DNA from: an uncultured bacterium
GTDB lineage: Bacteria > Omnitrophota > Omnitrophia > Omnitrophales > Aquincolibacteriaceae
Length of the DNA: 64,000 nt
Assembly (NCBI GenBank): GCA_964434115.1
Contig: CAYSSX010000002.1
Span: 137,680-201,679, forward strand
Reading direction: 5' to 3'
The first letter of the stretch is position 1. Each line of letters begins with the position of its first letter. A program made the position numbers and the translations under genes. This document shows positions 59,746 to 64,000 of this stretch, one piece after another. The notes beneath the pieces were generated by a model. It was not told the DNA's origin and searched no databases. It was given only the letters and a program-made list of their open reading frames with translations.

Positions 59746-60576
59746 TTGGGGCAGAAAACACATCCATACGGACTCAGATTAGGATACATCAAACCTTGGA
59801 AAGCGAAGTGGTTTTCGCGCAAAGGGCTAGATCAGCTTCTTCACGAAGATTTGAAACTTCGTGACTATGTTCACAAGAAACTCGGTTTCGCCGGCATTTC
59901 GAATGTTGAGATTGAGCGCTCCAGCGGCCGTGTGCGGGTGAGAATTTATACCGCTCGTCCGGGTGTTATTATTGGCCGGCGTGGTCAGGAAATCGACAAG
60001 GTGAAAGATGATCTTGCCAGTTTGACCACCAAAGAGCTTTTTGTGGATATTAAAGAAATCAAGGCGCCGCAGGTTGATGCTCAGCTAATCGCTGAAAACA
60101 TTACTTCGCAGCTGGAGAAACGTATTGGGTTTCGGCGGGCCATGAAAAAAGCGATTCAGGTTGCCATGATGAAAGGCGCTCTTGGCGTGAAGATTCAGTG
60201 CAAAGGGCGGCTTGGCGGTGCTGAAATCGCTCGTGAGGAAAAGTATCACGAGGGAAAACTCCCGCTTAGCACTTTTCGTGCAAATATCGATTATGGCTTC
60301 AAAGAAGCGTTCACGACTTACGGAACCATCGGCTGCAAAGTTTGGGTCTACAAGGGCGATATTCTTGTGAAAAAAGAAGAAGCTACGGAGCGACTTGAGC
60401 GGCAGCGGAAACAGGAAGAGAAATGGAAGAGTGAAGAGTCTTCTTCTGAAGCTGCGGCGACGCAGGATGCGCCTCAAAAACAGAAGCGCGCTCCACGGGT
60501 CAAGGCCGATAAGTCTGAGCCTGTAGAGCCGCAAGCATCCGAAGGAACTCAGCCTTCACCGGATGAGGGGAAATAG
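59746..60576 (+). CDS. rpsC: 30S ribosomal protein S3 (with charged C-terminal extension)
   Basis: [23 protein letters not shown]...KH domain; 276 aa. Confidence 0.95.
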   Translation: MGQKTHPYGLRLGYIKPWKAKWFSRKGLDQLLHEDLKLRDYVHKKLGFAGISNVEIERSSGRVRVRIYTARPGVIIGRRGQEIDKVKDDLASLTTKELFVDIKEIKAPQVDAQLIAENITSQLEKRIGFRRAMKKAIQVAMMKGALGVKIQCKGRLGGAEIAREEKYHEGKLPLSTFRANIDYGFKEAFTTYGTIGCKVWVYKGDILVKKEEATERLERQRKQEEKWKSEESSSEAAATQDAPQKQKRAPRVKADKSEPVEPQASEGTQPSPDEGK

Positions 60577-60578
60577 TT

Positions 60579-60995
60579 ATGCCGATGATGCCGAAGAGAG
60601 TAAAGTTTCGCAAGCAGCAGCGCGGGTGGCTTAAGGGGATCGCGACTCGTGGAAGCACGTTGTCTTTTGGTGACTATGGGCTTAAGGCTGTTGATCGCGG
60701 CTGGTTGACCGCTATTCAAATTGAGGCGGCGCGTGTTGCTCTTACCCGCCACGTCAAGCGCGGCGGCAAAATCTGGCTGCGCGTTTTCCCTGATAAAGGC
60801 TACACCAAAAAGCCTGCCGAAACCCGAATGGGTAAAGGTAAAGGGGCTCCTGAGTATTATGTCGCGGTTATCAAACCCGGCCGGATTATTTTTGAGATGG
60901 GCGGTGTTCCTGAAACCCTTGCAAAATCAGCGATGCGTCTTTGTGCGTACAAGATTCCTATCAGAACAAAATTCGTGAAACGGGCTGGACATTAA
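60579..60995 (+). CDS. rplP: 50S ribosomal protein L16
   Basis: [16 protein letters not shown]...[47 protein letters not shown]. Confidence 0.96.
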   Translation: MPMMPKRVKFRKQQRGWLKGIATRGSTLSFGDYGLKAVDRGWLTAIQIEAARVALTRHVKRGGKIWLRVFPDKGYTKKPAETRMGKGKGAPEYYVAVIKPGRIIFEMGGVPETLAKSAMRLCAYKIPIRTKFVKRAGH

Positions 60996-60996
60996 T

Positions 60997-61194
60997 ATGG
61001 TTAAAGTAAGCGAAATCAAAAACCAAAGCGTTGAAGAGTTGCAGGATAAAGTTGAGAAACTGCGTAAGGAACTCATGCAGTATCGATTTCAATCAAAAAC
61101 CGGAAAGCTTGAACGCCAGTCTGTCATTAAAGAAACGCGGCGTGACATTGCCCGTATTCTTACGGCGATCAGTCAAAGCAAGAAAGTAAAGTGA
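60997..61194 (+). CDS. rpmC: 50S ribosomal protein L29
   Basis: 65 aa, SEIKNQSVEELQDKVEKLRKELMQYRFQSKTGKLE. Confidence 0.92.
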   Translation: MVKVSEIKNQSVEELQDKVEKLRKELMQYRFQSKTGKLERQSVIKETRRDIARILTAISQSKKVK

Positions 61195-61204
61195 GGATTG
61201 ACTC

Positions 61205-61486
61205 GTGAGCGCTACGACTGGAGTTAAGCAGGAATCCGAAGCGGTAAAGGTTAAACGTTTCCGTGAAGGCGTTGTTCTTAAAAATAAAATGAACAAAACG
61301 GTGATTGTTGAAATTACCCGTTTGACTCAGCATCCTCAATTCAAAAAGGTCATCCGCAGAAAAATTCGTTATGCGGTTCACGACGAAAAGAATGAGGCGA
61401 AGGCTGGAGATAAAGTTCGTATTCTTCAAACCCGTCCAATCTCAAAGACTAAGCGTTGGACATTGATTAAGGTGCTGCCCAAATGA
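61205..61486 (+). CDS. rpsQ: 30S ribosomal protein S17
   Basis: GTG start; [43 protein letters not shown]. Confidence 0.93.
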   Translation: MSATTGVKQESEAVKVKRFREGVVLKNKMNKTVIVEITRLTQHPQFKKVIRRKIRYAVHDEKNEAKAGDKVRILQTRPISKTKRWTLIKVLPK

Positions 61487-61851
61487 TTCAGTTGAGAAGC
61501 ATTCTTGAAATCGCTGACAATAGCGGCGCTAAAAAAGCAGCCATGATCGGTGTGATTGGATGCCACGGAAAGCTTAATGCCGAAGTGGGTGATGTGATCA
61601 CGGCTTCGATTAAGGAAGCCCTTCCCAACGGGACTGTTAAGAAGGGTGAGGTTGTAAAGGCTGTGATTGTAAGAACCCGCGGCCCCATTAACCGCAAAGA
61701 CGGTTCTTCTGTGAAGTTCTCATCAAATGCGGTTGTCTTGATTGATAATAACAAGAATCCTAGGGGGACCCGTATTTTTGGCCCTGTTGCACGCGAGTTG
61801 AGAGATCGTTCATTCATGAAGATTATCTCTTTAGCGCCTGAGGTGGTATAA
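61483..61851 (+). CDS. rplN: 50S ribosomal protein L14
   Basis: [26 protein letters not shown]. Confidence 0.96.
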   Translation: MIQLRSILEIADNSGAKKAAMIGVIGCHGKLNAEVGDVITASIKEALPNGTVKKGEVVKAVIVRTRGPINRKDGSSVKFSSNAVVLIDNNKNPRGTRIFGPVARELRDRSFMKIISLAPEVV

Positions 61852-61854
61852 GTC

Positions 61855-62163
61855 ATGAAAATTCGTAAGGGTGATACGGTGATTGTTATCGCCGGGAAGG
61901 ATCGCGGCAAGAAAGGGAAGGTCCTTAAGACTTTTCCAGGTGAAAGCAAAGTTCTCGTAGAAAAAATTAACCATCACACCGTTTATCTCCGCCGGAGTCA
62001 GCAGAATCCTAAAGGCGGAATCGCGAAGATGGAAGGCAAAATCGACGTTTCAAACATTAAGCTTATCTGTCCTAGAACAAGCAAGCCGACGCGTGTTGGT
62101 TATACGGTTCTGGCGGATGGAACGAAGCATCGCCTTAGTAAAAAATCCGGCGAAATTCTGTAA
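61855..62163 (+). CDS. rplX: 50S ribosomal protein L24
   Basis: [25 protein letters not shown] (KOW). Confidence 0.95.
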   Translation: MKIRKGDTVIVIAGKDRGKKGKVLKTFPGESKVLVEKINHHTVYLRRSQQNPKGGIAKMEGKIDVSNIKLICPRTSKPTRVGYTVLADGTKHRLSKKSGEIL

Positions 62164-62176
62164 GGATGGTATAGCA

Positions 62177-62740
62177 ATGTCCACGACTATTACAAAACCT
62201 AGACTCCTTGAAAAGTATCGCACTGAAATTGTGCAGAAAATGCAAAAGGAGTTTAAGTATAAGAATGTAATGCAGGTTCCGAAGCTTGAAAAAGTTGTTA
62301 TTAATATGGGTGTGAAGGAAGGCGCTTCCGATATTAAAATTATTGAGCATATGGCTCAAGAGCTTTCAAAAATCGCGGGACAAAAGCCCTTGATTACGCG
62401 GGCTAAAAAATCCATTTCCGCGTTTAAGCTTCGCGAGAATGCGCCGATTGGACTTAAAGTCACGCTCCGCCGTTCTCGGATGTATGAATTTATCGATCGG
62501 CTTTTCAACATTGCGATGCCCAGAATTAGAGACTTCCGTGGTTATTCCGACAAGAGTTTTGACCAGAATGGGAACTACTCTCTTGGAATCCAGGAACAGA
62601 TTATTTTTCCGGAAATCGAGTTTGACAAGATTAAGAAAGTTCAGGGGATGGATGTGACTTTTGTGACAACTGCAAAAAATCCAGAAGAGGGTAAGATGCT
62701 TCTGGAGCTCCTGGGACTTCCTTTTATTAAGAAGGGTTGA
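62177..62740 (+). CDS. rplE: 50S ribosomal protein L5
   Basis: [42 protein letters not shown] at 62177 after the rplX stop; the track ORF starts upstream, overlapping rplX. Confidence 0.94.
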   Translation: MSTTITKPRLLEKYRTEIVQKMQKEFKYKNVMQVPKLEKVVINMGVKEGASDIKIIEHMAQELSKIAGQKPLITRAKKSISAFKLRENAPIGLKVTLRRSRMYEFIDRLFNIAMPRIRDFRGYSDKSFDQNGNYSLGIQEQIIFPEIEFDKIKKVQGMDVTFVTTAKNPEEGKMLLELLGLPFIKKG

Positions 62741-62747
62741 GGCTGTT

Positions 62748-62933
62748 ATGGCGAAGACATGTTTGGTAGTTAAGCAAAGAAGAGAACCTAAATTTCCGGT
62801 AAGGAAATATCACCGCTGTCAGCGGTGCGGCAGAGCGCGCGGATTTATTCGCCGGTATGCTTTGTGCCGTATCTGCTTCCGTGAGCTGGCGCTTCAGGGC
62901 ATCATCCCGGGCGTGGTGAAATCAAGCTGGTGA
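62748..62933 (+). CDS. rpsN: 30S ribosomal protein S14 type Z (zinc-binding, 61 aa)
   Basis: [28 protein letters not shown] with four Cys. Confidence 0.93.
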   Translation: MAKTCLVVKQRREPKFPVRKYHRCQRCGRARGFIRRYALCRICFRELALQGIIPGVVKSSW

Positions 62934-62946
62934 CAGGGAGAAACGT

Positions 62947-63345
62947 ATGCCGAGAACAGATTTTATTGCAGATTTTTTAACGATGATCCGGAATGCCTCA
63001 AGGGCGCACAAGGACAAGGTTACCTTACCGGCTTCAAACATCACGGTAAGGATTGCCGAGCTTCTTCATGAAGAAGGATTTGTGGGTCAGACCAAGGTTT
63101 TCTCAGAAGGAAATAAAAGGTTTATCCGGGTTCATCTCAAATACGTGAAGGGTGACAAGCCCGCCATTCAGGGCCTCCGCCGTATTTCAAAGCCGGGTAT
63201 TCGGAAGTATGTGGGTGTTGAAGCTATTCCCCGGGTTCAGGGTGGAATTGGAATCGCAATTGTGTCTACGTCGAAAGGCGTAATTACAGATCGTAAAGCT
63301 CGTCAAGACAAGCTTGGCGGCGAGCTTATTTGCAGCGTTTGGTGA
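62947..63345 (+). CDS. rpsH: 30S ribosomal protein S8
   Basis: DFIADFLTMIRNASRAHKDKVTLPASNI. Confidence 0.95.
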   Translation: MPRTDFIADFLTMIRNASRAHKDKVTLPASNITVRIAELLHEEGFVGQTKVFSEGNKRFIRVHLKYVKGDKPAIQGLRRISKPGIRKYVGVEAIPRVQGGIGIAIVSTSKGVITDRKARQDKLGGELICSVW

Positions 63346-63354
63346 GGATGATAT

Positions 63355-63891
63355 ATGTCACGAATTGGAAGAAAGCCCGTTGTAATACCAAGTGGTGTTA
63401 AGGCTGAACTTAAGGGGTTAAAGCTTAATGTTCAAGGCCCGAAGGGGAAGCTTGAAATGGATGTCCATCCCCGGATTAAGGTTACGGTTGCGCAGAATCA
63501 GGTTCAGGTTGAGCGTTCGACAGATGTCCCGTCGGATCGAGCTCTCCACGGGCTTGTCCGCAGCATGATTCAAAACATGATGGTGGGCGTAACTCAAGGT
63601 TTTTTGAAAGAGCTGGAAATTGTAGGGGTTGGTTTCAAGGCACAGGTTAAAGGTAAATTTCTGAACCTTGCTCTGGGTTATACGCACCCTATTGATCACG
63701 AAATTCCAGAAGGAGTTCTTGTTGTGTGCCCTAACCCGACGCGTGTTGCTGTGTCGGGCTGCGATAAACAGAAAGTGGGGCAAGTGGCCTCTGATATACG
63801 CCGCTACCACAAACCCGAACCTTACAAGGGCAAGGGGATTCACTACGTTGGTGAACATATCCGTAGAAAACAAGGTAAGGCGGTGGGTTAG
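63355..63891 (+). CDS. rplF: 50S ribosomal protein L6
   Basis: MSRIGRKPVVIPSGVKAELKGLKLNVQGPKGKLE. Confidence 0.95.
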   Translation: MSRIGRKPVVIPSGVKAELKGLKLNVQGPKGKLEMDVHPRIKVTVAQNQVQVERSTDVPSDRALHGLVRSMIQNMMVGVTQGFLKELEIVGVGFKAQVKGKFLNLALGYTHPIDHEIPEGVLVVCPNPTRVAVSGCDKQKVGQVASDIRRYHKPEPYKGKGIHYVGEHIRRKQGKAVG

Positions 63892-63896
63892 CATCA

Positions 63897-64000
63897 TGCT
63901 TAAAAAAGAAAAAAGAAGACTCAAAAGACACGGAAAGATTCGCAAGAGAATTCAGGGGACTGTGGAGCGTCCGCGCCTTGCGGTTCACCGTTCGATTAAA
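63897..64000 (+). CDS. rplR: 50S ribosomal protein L18 (3' end truncated by window edge)
   Basis: MLKKEKRRLKRHGKIRKRIQGTVERPRLAVHRS at the expected position after rplF. Confidence 0.85.

Overview
Bacterial chromosomal window with two distinct halves, no mobile elements, no CRISPR and no rRNA.

Coordinates 1 to about 40.3 kb are an accessory-looking region. In order it holds a partial Kef-type cation/proton antiporter (2..2035, +); a 1046-aa secreted protein with thrombospondin type 3-like calcium-binding repeats and three perfect 54-bp tandem repeats (2067..5207, -); dnaX and recR; a single uninterrupted 14,124-nt ORF encoding 4707 aa (8212..22335, +); and a downstream cluster of secreted hydrolases and signal-transduction genes.

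The giant ORF is the main finding. It carries a signal peptide and a mosaic of enzyme-like modules: a calcineurin-type metallophosphoesterase, a pyruvate-phosphate-dikinase / PEP-synthase-like nucleotide-binding domain followed by a phosphohistidine swivel domain, a GAPDH-like domain with catalytic Cys and His retained, plus coiled-coil and HEAT-like regions.

Downstream of the giant gene are a tandem-receiver response regulator, a lipoprotein alpha/beta hydrolase, a neutral-ceramidase-like / Ntn(C45)-hydrolase fusion (823 aa), a stand-alone CheY, a glucoamylase(GH144-like)+CBM9-like secreted protein, an XRE-cupin regulator, a four-gene RND efflux operon (outer-membrane factor, membrane-fusion protein, two RND permeases, MdtABC-like) and a small HAMP membrane protein.

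Coordinates 40.3 to 64 kb are the conserved translation/transcription core: tandem consensus promoters, tRNA-Thr(GGT), tuf, tRNA-Trp(CCA), secE, nusG, rplKAJL, rpoBC, rpsL-rpsG-fusA, then the S10/spc ribosomal-protein cluster running through a partial rplR at the window edge.

Domain calls are from motifs recognised by eye in the supplied translations; no database searches were possible.
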